This document shows, one piece after another, positions 49,154 through 57,612 of a stretch of DNA of 64,000 nt (positions are counted from its first letter, which is position 1; each line of letters begins with the position of its first letter). The notes beneath the pieces were generated by a model. It was not told the origin of the DNA and did no database searches. It was given only the letters and a program-made list of their open reading frames with translations. Origin of the DNA: a virus (Duplodnaviria > Heunggongvirae > Uroviricota > Caudoviricetes); the IMG/VR virus record IMGVR_UViG_2671180724_000008. The stretch is one strand, 5' to 3'. The position numbers and the translations under genes are program-made.

Positions 49154-49256
49154 TGTATCAGAGACTCCCAGACCTGAACACCACTACAGAATCCACTAGA
49201 ACCCCTTCTCAGACGCTTTAAAATCGATTTTATGAACCACTTTAAGGAAAACTAAC

Positions 49257-49487
49257 ATGTCATACCCGACCAATGTTGTTGCGCTCGTAGAGAGCGATTT
49301 TCTGGCTAAGGCTCGTGAAATGATGAAAGATCGCGAGCAGGCTTTCAACTTGTACGAATGGGCAATTAAGTGCTTGCATCTTGGGGAGCATCGCGAACTT
49401 GTTGAACAGCTTTTAGGTGAGTTGATCAACGAGGTGTTTGCCTTGAATGTTCAACTACATGGTCGAGAAAATAATCAATCGAAATGA
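49257..49487 (+). CDS. Small hypothetical protein
   Basis: 76-aa ORF. Confidence 0.4.
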   Translation: MSYPTNVVALVESDFLAKAREMMKDREQAFNLYEWAIKCLHLGEHRELVEQLLGELINEVFALNVQLHGRENNQSK

Positions 49488-50069
49488 TAGATAAGTACAA
49501 ACTATTCATAAGATGAATTGTAAGTGCTAAGATCTGATAGTTTCCAGTCATAGACTGGAGACTCGACCTGATGGGTGGGGGTAAGCGTCACTGGCGTCAG
49601 GTTTAAAAAAGCTCACTACCAGCGTAGAACCGGTGCCGTTTAGGTGTCGGGGAAGGGGGAACCAAAGTGAGCAGAGACAAGGGTCACTTTATGATTGTCG
49701 AGTCTGGGGTGTTTCGAGAGGTTGAATCCAGTACTCCCCTTCATAAAGTGTGGGAAGATCTCGGTTCTGGGGTGCTGTCATCCATAACTTCCCAAGTCTA
49801 AGCTGGCAGTAGACTTAGACCATAGCTTTTCAGGTTATGAAACGACCAGGTTGGTGAGGAATTTTATACTCACCTCCCTGGGAGAGTATTACCTGAAAAG
49901 ACAACCTCTCACTTCGTTCGAGGTGAACTTCACTCACTTCGTTCGTTCAGTTCAGGTTTATAAAAACCTGTACTGGGAAGTAATTTGTTTATTTTAATAA
50001 TTATTACACGCACGCGTGTGCGCACGCGCGAGGAAAAAAATAGGCGCGGCGCTTGATTCAGGAGTTTAT
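49488..50069. other. ORF-free structured region (about 0.57 kb) upstream of rnhA with hairpins, short direct repeats and a 25-nt alternating purine-pyrimidine tract
   Basis: No plus-strand ORF of 60 aa or more; hairpin CCAGTC-ata-GACTGG; repeats CACTTCGTTCG x2 and TCTGGGGTG x2; tract ACACGCACGCGTGTGCGCACGCGCG at about 50008-50032. Confidence 0.5.
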
Positions 50070-50660
50070 ATGACGTCGAAGACACCAGCCCGGTCGCAAG
50101 CAAAAACTCGCAAAAAAGACAAAAACAAAAATTCTCCCCGCACCAATCCCACAACGCCTGTCGTAGAGTTCAATCCCCAGCTTAAAACCGTGAAAATCTT
50201 CAGTGATGGCTCTTGCCTTAAAAATCCGGGTGGCCCGGGCGGTTACGGTATAGTTCTCCAGTATCGTGGTGAGGAACGCGAGTTCTCAGATGGTTTTCAT
50301 AGCACCACCAATAACCGCATGGAGATGATGGGGGCACTTATCGGGCTGGAGCGTTTGAAATATCCATGCAACGTTATTTTGCACTCTGATAGCCAGTATC
50401 TGAAAAACGGCATGACACAGTGGATGAAATGGTGGAAACGCAATGGATGGATGACTTCTGACAAAAAACCGGTAAAGAATGTTGATCTGTGGAAGCGTCT
50501 GGATGAGGCCGCAAGTCGACATAATGTTCGCTGGAAGTGGGTTAAAGGTCACGCCGGGCATCGTGAAAATGAAATATGTGATCGACTCGCGAAGATCGCA
50601 GCTTTTTCAGCAGCAGATATGCCTCACAAGAAAGATATTGGTTTTGTTTATAACAATTAG
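50070..50660 (+). CDS. rnhA: Ribonuclease HI with basic N-terminal extension
   Basis: Near-colinear match to E. coli RnhA motifs [35 protein letters not shown]; start set at 50070 (AGGAG RBS). Confidence 0.9.
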   Translation: MTSKTPARSQAKTRKKDKNKNSPRTNPTTPVVEFNPQLKTVKIFSDGSCLKNPGGPGGYGIVLQYRGEEREFSDGFHSTTNNRMEMMGALIGLERLKYPCNVILHSDSQYLKNGMTQWMKWWKRNGWMTSDKKPVKNVDLWKRLDEAASRHNVRWKWVKGHAGHRENEICDRLAKIAAFSAADMPHKKDIGFVYNN

Positions 50661-50808
50661 TAAGTAAGTATTTACCTATTATTTTAAATCATGTATCTTA
50701 TCGGCGTCAGGATGACAATGTGTCGGTAAGACACAGTTCCAGGATGGAACGAGAAAGGCGGCTGGCAATCGCCAGCCGCAACTCTTTCTGACACTGGATG
50801 GAGTCCAC

Positions 50809-51303
50809 ATGGCACGTCAAACCTATTTCACTTCTGCAACTAAACGTCCTCGTTCTTTACGTCAAATTTTGGCCGAATTATTTAGCGGTCGTGTTATGTC
50901 ACGTCTTGATGAACTAGAGACTACCGTTCGGTTGCTGAATGAACGTTTAGATAATCAAGCGTCAGTTGTTGCGAACGTGGGGGCGATTGTTGCCTCTGGT
51001 TCTTCACGCGAAGCGAAAAATGCACGGCCTTTAGTGAAGGAGAAAAACAACAAGGACAGTTCGAATGGAAAATTTTCAAAGAAAGAGGCTGAAACCAATG
51101 GCCTACGTTCTCATTATAGTTTCACTGGCGACGGTAGCAGTTCCAGCCGGTCAGAGCCTTTTGATGCCGGATTCATCCATCACCACACCTTCGTCGACGA
51201 CAATTACCACCACTCCAGTGGAGCGTCCTGTCACTCTGGATGGGATGGCGGTGGATGCGATACCTCAAGTTCATCCAGTTACTCAGGATCATGCTGTGAC
51301 TAA
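50809..51303 (+). CDS. Hypothetical protein; C-terminal half overlaps an alternative-frame TM ORF, so gene model uncertain
   Basis: Coiled-coil N-terminus then Ser/Gly/His/Cys-rich tail; alternative frame 51098-51316 encodes TM helix plus Thr/Pro-rich tail. Confidence 0.3.
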   Translation: MARQTYFTSATKRPRSLRQILAELFSGRVMSRLDELETTVRLLNERLDNQASVVANVGAIVASGSSREAKNARPLVKEKNNKDSSNGKFSKKEAETNGLRSHYSFTGDGSSSSRSEPFDAGFIHHHTFVDDNYHHSSGASCHSGWDGGGCDTSSSSSYSGSCCD

Positions 51304-51312
51304 GGCGGTTGT

Positions 51313-51501
51313 ATGAACTGGTTTTCAAATCACTTTGGAAAAATTTGGCTGGCAATTCTGGCCCTCATGGCCGCCGGTTGGGTATCGAACATTATAAAAC
51401 TTGTTTGCTCTGGCGATCTCCAGTTTCAGGCTGGCATGACCTTGGCTCGTGTAGTTGGGATTTTTATTTTTCCAGTCGGTTCGGTACTTGGTTACTTCTG
51501 A
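51313..51501 (+). CDS. Small membrane protein
   Basis: 62 aa with two hydrophobic helices. Confidence 0.4.
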   Translation: MNWFSNHFGKIWLAILALMAAGWVSNIIKLVCSGDLQFQAGMTLARVVGIFIFPVGSVLGYF

Positions 51502-51594
51502 CGGTTGTTAGTGCATATGCATTGACCGTCTTTGCGTAAGCAATTTATTTAACTAGAAAACAACTTGTTTTGACAAATAACAAAAGGAAAACAC

Positions 51595-52020
51595 ATGTTA
51601 GGTTTCTTCAAAAAGAAAACTCGTAAAGCAGTTATCGAAGTCAAAAAAATGGAGAACCGTGATGCGGTTGAGGCCACCGTGTGGGGCGCGTACATGATCT
51701 CCTATGCCGACGGCACATGTGACGCAAAAGAAATTGCCATTCTTGAGAAGACAATTGCAGCTCTGCCTGCGTTTTCTCCGTTTGCTGGTGAGATTGCCCA
51801 AATGAGCGCCAATATCCGTGCTCGTTACGAAGCGTCCCCTCGTTCCGCTAATGCACAGGCTATGCGTGAGCTGGCTGATATTGCGGGCACTCCAGAGGCG
51901 GTCGATGTTCTGTGTCTGTGCCTTGATATTGCCGACCAGGACGGCATTGGTGAACAAGAAGAGCAGGCACTGAAAAAGATCGCCCAGGCGCTTCAGTTGT
52001 CACTGGATGCTTATCTCTAA
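51595..52020 (+). CDS. TerB-like domain protein (tentative)
   Basis: Pattern YADGTCDAKEIAILEK ... ALQLSLDAYL reminiscent of TerB/DjlA-N family; conserved promoter and RBS motifs upstream. Confidence 0.4.
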   Translation: MLGFFKKKTRKAVIEVKKMENRDAVEATVWGAYMISYADGTCDAKEIAILEKTIAALPAFSPFAGEIAQMSANIRARYEASPRSANAQAMRELADIAGTPEAVDVLCLCLDIADQDGIGEQEEQALKKIAQALQLSLDAYL

Positions 52021-52178
52021 TGCTTGAGAGATTCCGGCTTGTGACCGTCATTGCTCTTCTGGTGATGGCGGTGTTGGTGGATTTTACGGGAAAGATGATG
52101 TCTGTCATTTCTGATGGCGTCCTCATTGGTCTGGCGATCTACTTCGCTTACCCGCTAGTCCGTAAAGCAACGTGTTAA
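52020..52178 (+). CDS. Small membrane protein (52 aa; below track cutoff)
   Basis: ATG overlaps TerB-like stop (TAATG); two hydrophobic segments; terminator follows. Confidence 0.35.
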   Translation: MLERFRLVTVIALLVMAVLVDFTGKMMSVISDGVLIGLAIYFAYPLVRKATC

Positions 52179-52181
52179 TGA

Positions 52182-52208
52182 CAAGGGCCAAATGGCCCTT
52201 GTGTTTCG
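52182..52208 (+). terminator. Rho-independent terminator (CAAGGGCC-aaat-GGCCCTTG then T-rich)
   Basis: Hairpin plus T-rich tail. Confidence 0.65.
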
Positions 52209-52317
52209 TTGACCGAAATAGAGAGTTTGCACCTTTACGTTTAGCTTGCTCCCCTTTTATGCCACATCACAATAAAGCCAATAAGAAAACAACTTGTTTA
52301 AGCATTAAGGAAAACAC

Positions 52318-52884
52318 ATGTGCGAGAAATGCAAAGCAATAGCTGATGAACAAAACGCCCTATTCGAAGAAATGGATGCTAATGAACTTGTCAAAATGTT
52401 AGGCATTGTTCGGGGAACAGAAGACGTTTCCATATTTGAGAGACTGTTTACAGTACTTAATTTTAATTCCACCTTTGAAGAACCAACTCAGGTTGTAGCT
52501 TTAGCACATCATTTCGGCGTTCATTACCTTGCTGAAAAAGAGAGAGCTGATAAGTTGCAAGCGACTTTGGATATGGTGAGCGAGACTCAAGGAACTCATG
52601 ACGGTAACAAAAGTGAGACGATTATTGCCAGCAAAGATCGTGAAATTGCCGGACTTAAGTCTTCTCTAACGATGTTGATGTCTGCATTCAATCTGATGTC
52701 TTCTAAGGCGGGTTATAAAATGCCGTCACTAAACAGTGACGATCCAATGGCCGTTCGTCAGCTTTTGGGAGCAATGGCCGACCAGCTCGACGACACAAAG
52801 AGTCGCCTTGAAGACATGATGCGGGAGCTCACGCATCGCCATGACTTGAATAAGCAGCCGCACAAAACGCAATACGCACTCTAA
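52318..52884 (+). CDS. Hypothetical protein
   Basis: 188-aa ORF with conserved promoter and RBS motifs. Confidence 0.5.
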   Translation: MCEKCKAIADEQNALFEEMDANELVKMLGIVRGTEDVSIFERLFTVLNFNSTFEEPTQVVALAHHFGVHYLAEKERADKLQATLDMVSETQGTHDGNKSETIIASKDREIAGLKSSLTMLMSAFNLMSSKAGYKMPSLNSDDPMAVRQLLGAMADQLDDTKSRLEDMMRELTHRHDLNKQPHKTQYAL

Positions 52885-52902
52885 TACTGCACCAGTCGAC
52901 AG

Positions 52903-52926
52903 GGGGCGAAAGCCCCCATTTTTACG
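52903..52926 (+). terminator. Rho-independent terminator (GGGGGC-gaaa-GCCCCC then ATTTTT)
   Basis: GC stem with GNRA-like loop plus T-run. Confidence 0.75.
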
Positions 52927-53025
52927 CCTTAAATCTGCTGTAACGCCTATGAATGCAGCTTTTATGCCTTTTCAAGTTTGCGATAATTACACCAATAAGA
53001 AAACAAATTATTTAATGGTGTAATT

Positions 53026-54711
53026 ATGAATACAGCCCTTTCCATCATCGACGATGCCAGCTCAAACACGGCTATCGACTATCGTCAGGAAATGAATGTC
53101 ATCCACGAAATCGTGGCCGAGTGCGAGAAAGAGATCGCCTTCATGTATCAGGTACACGACTTCGTTTATGGCGACGAACGCCACAACATGATTAATCGCC
53201 TGCTGCGACTAAACCATCGACCAGATGAAGATCGCTCGCGTTTAAATCGAGGTTGGTTGGATAAAGTCGATCTGGAATGGGTGAAACAGAATATTTGGGC
53301 CGAGTACTGGAGGAAGGTCACGGACATGACTAACGTTTTGCTGATCATGCCAGCTTCCCGTCGAGATGAGTGGCGCGAGCAGTTTATAGAGGGCAAACAG
53401 GAAGTCATCAAAACTGACAGAACCGGCTACCAGATGAAAGTTAAAGAGTTCGTTGGTGTACCGGAGTTCAAAGCAGAAACGGTCATACCCACGATGCTTA
53501 ATTTGCTGAATGACAGGCACAAATATCTCTCTGAGCGCGTGTATGGCTTGTTTAAGGCGCTGAGTCCTGCGCACAAGACAAATAAGACAAACGGTTTCAG
53601 CGAGCGGCTGATAATCGCTGACTGCATTTCTGATTTCTGGCGGGACAGCGTTAGCGTGAACTATCGCAAAGAGGACTACATCGACGATCTGCGTGTCTTG
53701 CTTCATTTCTTCGCGCACAAAGAATTTATTACCATCAACCGCACTGCTGAGGTGCTATCAGCTGCGTATAGGGCAAACGACTGCCAGACCGGTGACTGGA
53801 TGAACGTCGATGGAAATCTGATGCGCGTGAAGATGTTCAAGAACGGCAACGTTCACTTTGAAATACATCCTGACGTGGCCTGGAAGTTGAATGAGGTGCT
53901 GGCTTACAGTATGCCTGCTGCAATCCCCGCGCCATGCCGCACTGCGCCAAAAACACGGGCACCAAAGCAGTTCGGGTTAATCCAGAAGACGATCTCCGTG
54001 CCGGTTCGCACTGCGCTTCGTGACGGGCGATTGAGCAAAGACAAAGGCGTATGGTACTTCTCTGATTCAGCTCTCCAGAAGTCGCAGGTGGAAGAGCTTG
54101 AGCGCACACTGAGCTTCATTGGCGGCGTGCAGGAGAAAAAGCACTGGCAGTTCCCGTATGACATCGGCCATACGCTAAATACGATTGTGGCTACCGGTTT
54201 AATACCGGATACAAAATCACACCAGTTCTACCCTACCCCACGCTTGATTGCTGAGTACGTTGCCAGAGCCACTGAATTGAAGCCTGGTGAGAAGCTGCTG
54301 GAGCCTCAAGCCGGACGTGGGGATCTTCTGGCCTATATTAACGCCGATCTGGAAGATGTTACCTGCATAGAAATCGCACCTCTCTTCGCTGATATCCTGC
54401 GTGGAAAAGGGTATACGAACACGATTTGCTGCGACTTCATAAAGTGGTCTGAGGACAACGCAGGTTATCAGTTCGACAAAATCGTTATGAACCCGCCGTA
54501 CTCGCTTGGTCGTCATAGAGAGCACACGATGGCTGCGCTGGGGCATCTGAAAGTCGGCGGGCGTCTTGTAGCAGTATTGCCGGGCACTGCGCCAATACTG
54601 GACTGGATGACGATGGATAATTACGTTTATGCCAGAGGGAAGTCGTTTACCAACGAGTTTGAAGACACAGGGATCACAGTCAGCGTATACGTTTTCAAAC
54701 GCGTTAAATGA
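53026..54711 (+). CDS. Two-domain protein: about 400-aa N-terminal region of unknown function fused to C-terminal N6-adenine/N4-cytosine-type DNA methyltransferase domain
   Basis: C-terminal motifs FYPTP, EPQAGRGDL (AdoMet binding) and NPPYS (catalytic). Confidence 0.7.
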   Translation: MNTALSIIDDASSNTAIDYRQEMNVIHEIVAECEKEIAFMYQVHDFVYGDERHNMINRLLRLNHRPDEDRSRLNRGWLDKVDLEWVKQNIWAEYWRKVTDMTNVLLIMPASRRDEWREQFIEGKQEVIKTDRTGYQMKVKEFVGVPEFKAETVIPTMLNLLNDRHKYLSERVYGLFKALSPAHKTNKTNGFSERLIIADCISDFWRDSVSVNYRKEDYIDDLRVLLHFFAHKEFITINRTAEVLSAAYRANDCQTGDWMNVDGNLMRVKMFKNGNVHFEIHPDVAWKLNEVLAYSMPAAIPAPCRTAPKTRAPKQFGLIQKTISVPVRTALRDGRLSKDKGVWYFSDSALQKSQVEELERTLSFIGGVQEKKHWQFPYDIGHTLNTIVATGLIPDTKSHQFYPTPRLIAEYVARATELKPGEKLLEPQAGRGDLLAYINADLEDVTCIEIAPLFADILRGKGYTNTICCDFIKWSEDNAGYQFDKIVMNPPYSLGRHREHTMAALGHLKVGGRLVAVLPGTAPILDWMTMDNYVYARGKSFTNEFEDTGITVSVYVFKRVK

Positions 54712-54772
54712 TAGGTAAATACTTACTTAATTTGTGTAAGAATGTAGTAACTAAACGATAAGAGAAAAACAC

Positions 54773-55477
54773 ATGAACAACCTCCAGTTAGAGCATTTTA
54801 ACGTCACAGGCCATTCTGATTTTCCTTTCAAGTTTACATTGAAAGGTTATGCAGAGGATGCGGTAGGCCAGATCATTATTGATAAAGGCATCGTTAAGTT
54901 TGAGGGGAATTTTGATGAATCCGCGAAAACATTCATAGACTTCGTTGCCAAACGTTGGAGCGAGCAATGGAAAGACCTGGAAAAGCGCGCCAATGAGTTT
55001 GATCGGTTCATGGATGCAATGGATACAGCAAAAGAGGCTCTGGCTGCCGGGACTCCGTTAGATCTGGAGTCACTTTTCAACGGCGAAGTGGCCTCTGCAA
55101 TGTTCGCCACCATGTTCGCGGGTGAGTTCGTCCGCAGCGGTGCCAAAAACTACCTTGAGCTGGATTACAACGTCCCTGCAATTGGCGATTTCGTCGTTAC
55201 CATCCAACGCAAAGAAGGTAAGACGCCAGGTGAACGCGTCGCAGAGCTTGAGGCCGTTGTGGATCAGCGTAACGGAGAGTGTGACCGTTTGATCAACGAG
55301 CTTCATGCACTTCGGGAAGAAAGAATATGCGCGGGTAGCAATACACGTAATGCAGCGGATATCTACTTCCAGTTAGTTGAGGAATGCCAGATTCCACCAG
55401 GTGGCTCTCTTGTCGATTACGTAAGACATTTAATGGCGGAAGTTAGCTCCAGCCATAAAGATGGTGAGGTGCGCTGA
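54773..55477 (+). CDS. Hypothetical protein
   Basis: 234-aa ORF. Confidence 0.5.
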   Translation: MNNLQLEHFNVTGHSDFPFKFTLKGYAEDAVGQIIIDKGIVKFEGNFDESAKTFIDFVAKRWSEQWKDLEKRANEFDRFMDAMDTAKEALAAGTPLDLESLFNGEVASAMFATMFAGEFVRSGAKNYLELDYNVPAIGDFVVTIQRKEGKTPGERVAELEAVVDQRNGECDRLINELHALREERICAGSNTRNAADIYFQLVEECQIPPGGSLVDYVRHLMAEVSSSHKDGEVR

Positions 55478-55857
55478 TGTTTGGCATTGACGCACAGCGT
55501 ATAGCCGCTTTTGCAAAAAGCCCTCTTGATAATCCCTTGTCTCGTAGTGAGCAAATGGAGCTGGCAAGGCTTTTTCTTCATATTCAAAAACAGTCAGACG
55601 TTTTCAATAACATGCCTGATCAACCTATTCTGGATGGTCACATCCAGATGGTCATTAACAGTCATGAGAAAGGCTGGGCTGCAATCGTCCCCAGCACAAT
55701 TACATACAAGTTGGCGAAAGAGGTTCAAGAGTTTCGAAAAGCCAGTGTCGAATCGGAGTCTACCAAAGCCGCAATAAACACTCTTATTCGCATGGGATTC
55801 ACATGGAACGGTGGAGCCTACTGGCAAGCACCTCACCCCATTTTATCCGGCAATTAG
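55477..55857 (+). CDS. Hypothetical protein
   Basis: 126-aa ORF coupled to upstream gene. Confidence 0.45.
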   Translation: MFGIDAQRIAAFAKSPLDNPLSRSEQMELARLFLHIQKQSDVFNNMPDQPILDGHIQMVINSHEKGWAAIVPSTITYKLAKEVQEFRKASVESESTKAAINTLIRMGFTWNGGAYWQAPHPILSGN

Positions 55858-55976
55858 ACGCTACAAATCCTTCTGCGTGAATAAATAAAGGCCATAAGTT
55901 GTGGCCTTAAATAAATTGTTTTCTGCCTTTTCTTATTTGTGAAAATAACCACAACTAGAAAACAACGGAGTTAAGA

Positions 55977-56618
55977 ATGTCTAGTATTTCCGAAGCTCAT
56001 ATGTTCGCCGCTGGCGCTCATGGTGGCGTTGGTCAGAAAAGAAAATATACCGGCGAAGACTACATCAACCACCCGGTTGCTGTCCGAGAGATTGTTGCAT
56101 TGCATGACGGAACCGTGGAGATGCAAATCGCGGCGCTTCTGCATGATGTGGTCGAAGACACCCATGTAACCATAGAGATGGTTCGTGATCACTTCGGTGA
56201 GCGCGTAGCTGAAATGGTTCAGGCTCTGACCAACATTGCAAGGCCAGAAGACGGCAATCGAATACAGCGTTTCATCATCAATGTCCGGGAGCTGGAGCAA
56301 AATCTCGACATGCAGACGCGCATGATCAAGCTGGCTGACCTGCTCGACAATACCTCTTCTATCGTGAGTCGCGATCCCGAGTTTTCAGCTGTCTACCTCG
56401 CAGAGAAAGAACTGATGCTGGACGTACTCTTTCACGGCAAAGAGATTGGTGCCAACGCTGATGTTGTCGAGTACATGGAGAGGAAAGGTATAGAACACCC
56501 GTTGCTATTAAGTGCAATGGCGAAAGTCACTGAAGGTATTGCGCTTCTGAAACCGGTACACATCAAACGTTATGAAAAACACAAATCGCTGATCTGGAGC
56601 GCGTGGGAGGCTGCATGA
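55977..56618 (+). CDS. HD-domain protein resembling the (p)ppGpp hydrolase domain of SpoT/RelA (small alarmone hydrolase-like)
   Basis: AHGGVGQKRKYTGEDYINHPVAV and AALLHDVVEDT match the SpoT/Mesh1 HD motifs as recalled. Confidence 0.6.
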   Translation: MSSISEAHMFAAGAHGGVGQKRKYTGEDYINHPVAVREIVALHDGTVEMQIAALLHDVVEDTHVTIEMVRDHFGERVAEMVQALTNIARPEDGNRIQRFIINVRELEQNLDMQTRMIKLADLLDNTSSIVSRDPEFSAVYLAEKELMLDVLFHGKEIGANADVVEYMERKGIEHPLLLSAMAKVTEGIALLKPVHIKRYEKHKSLIWSAWEAA

Positions 56619-57157
56619 AGGTCGAAAAAATAGATGTTCTTTCCTTTGTGCTGACGGATCTGGAACGCCTCGATCCGGTTCGAGTGATGATTGAAAACTA
56701 CGAACCTGGTAAGGGAAGAATCACCATCACCTGCTACGGAAAAGCCTGGACAGCGGCTTGGTTTGCTATGGGCGGTGATGATGTGCAGACGTTCATTAAG
56801 CGAGTTAGCAACGACTATCTAATCGACAATTTCGACCCTCAACTGCTAAGCACGGTCGACGATGACAACGATGCAAATCTGCTTTTCGTGAAGTCAGAAA
56901 TCATAAAGTTACGAAGAGAGAGAGAAATCGACGCCGTACAGGCTCGCGAAATGTGGGACGAGGCGGAAAACGCTGATGACGTAAAAGAAAGCTGCTGTTG
57001 TTTCGGCGTCGGTAACAAACTGCTGAATCTCTTTGGTGATGATCCGTGGTATGCCGACTGGCCAACTGTACCAAACCCGAAATACCAGTATCTGGAACGC
57101 ATTGTGAACGCGGTACGTGAAGGGCTGAAAGAGTTAGACAAGTTAGAGGCATTGTAA
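56603..57157 (+). CDS. Hypothetical protein
   Basis: 184-aa ORF. Confidence 0.45.
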   Translation: MGGCMKVEKIDVLSFVLTDLERLDPVRVMIENYEPGKGRITITCYGKAWTAAWFAMGGDDVQTFIKRVSNDYLIDNFDPQLLSTVDDDNDANLLFVKSEIIKLRREREIDAVQAREMWDEAENADDVKESCCCFGVGNKLLNLFGDDPWYADWPTVPNPKYQYLERIVNAVREGLKELDKLEAL

Positions 57158-57612
57158 TGAGAGAGAAAATCAAGAACCCGGTCGTCGTATTGTATAAACG
57201 GGAAACCAGCGATTCTTATGCGGTATCCATCACTGATGGAAGCCAGAACATGCACGATGGCCTGCTAATGGCTTCAGTGTCTCCCGATGAGGCAGACAAC
57301 TCTTTTGCCGTTTTCGCTATGGTTGGTTACTACATGGCTGCCGAAATTGAGAAGTTGCGGGCGCAGAGAGATGCATTAGCGGCGGAGAATGCAGCCCTGA
57401 AAGAATCTGAGCGAGCATTCGATGAGATGTGTGCCGAGGAACACGGAGATAATTGGGTTAGCGAATTAACGGAGACTCCAGCCACCGATGCTTTTCTGGC
57501 TGAAGTACGTGCGCAGGGCGTGGAGATGTTTGCTGAGTGCGCATACACATTTGAACATCATGATCACGCAGTAGCTTTTGCCGCTGAGCTTCGTAAAGGA
57601 AATAAACAGTGA
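57157..57612 (+). CDS. Hypothetical protein
   Basis: 151-aa ORF. Confidence 0.45.
   Translation: MREKIKNPVVVLYKRETSDSYAVSITDGSQNMHDGLLMASVSPDEADNSFAVFAMVGYYMAAEIEKLRAQRDALAAENAALKESERAFDEMCAEEHGDNWVSELTETPATDAFLAEVRAQGVEMFAECAYTFEHHDHAVAFAAELRKGNKQ

Noticed and set aside
49488-50069. Retron-like or group I intron interpretation of the ORF-free region upstream of rnhA
   Set aside because: No reverse transcriptase or homing-endonuclease gene nearby and no recognisable intron core; left as an unclassified structured region.
51065-51316. 83-aa track ORF starting at MENFQRKRLKP
   Set aside because: Its first 11 codons lack hydrophobic or RBS support; if real, the gene more likely starts at the internal ATG near 51098. 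Model left ambiguous.
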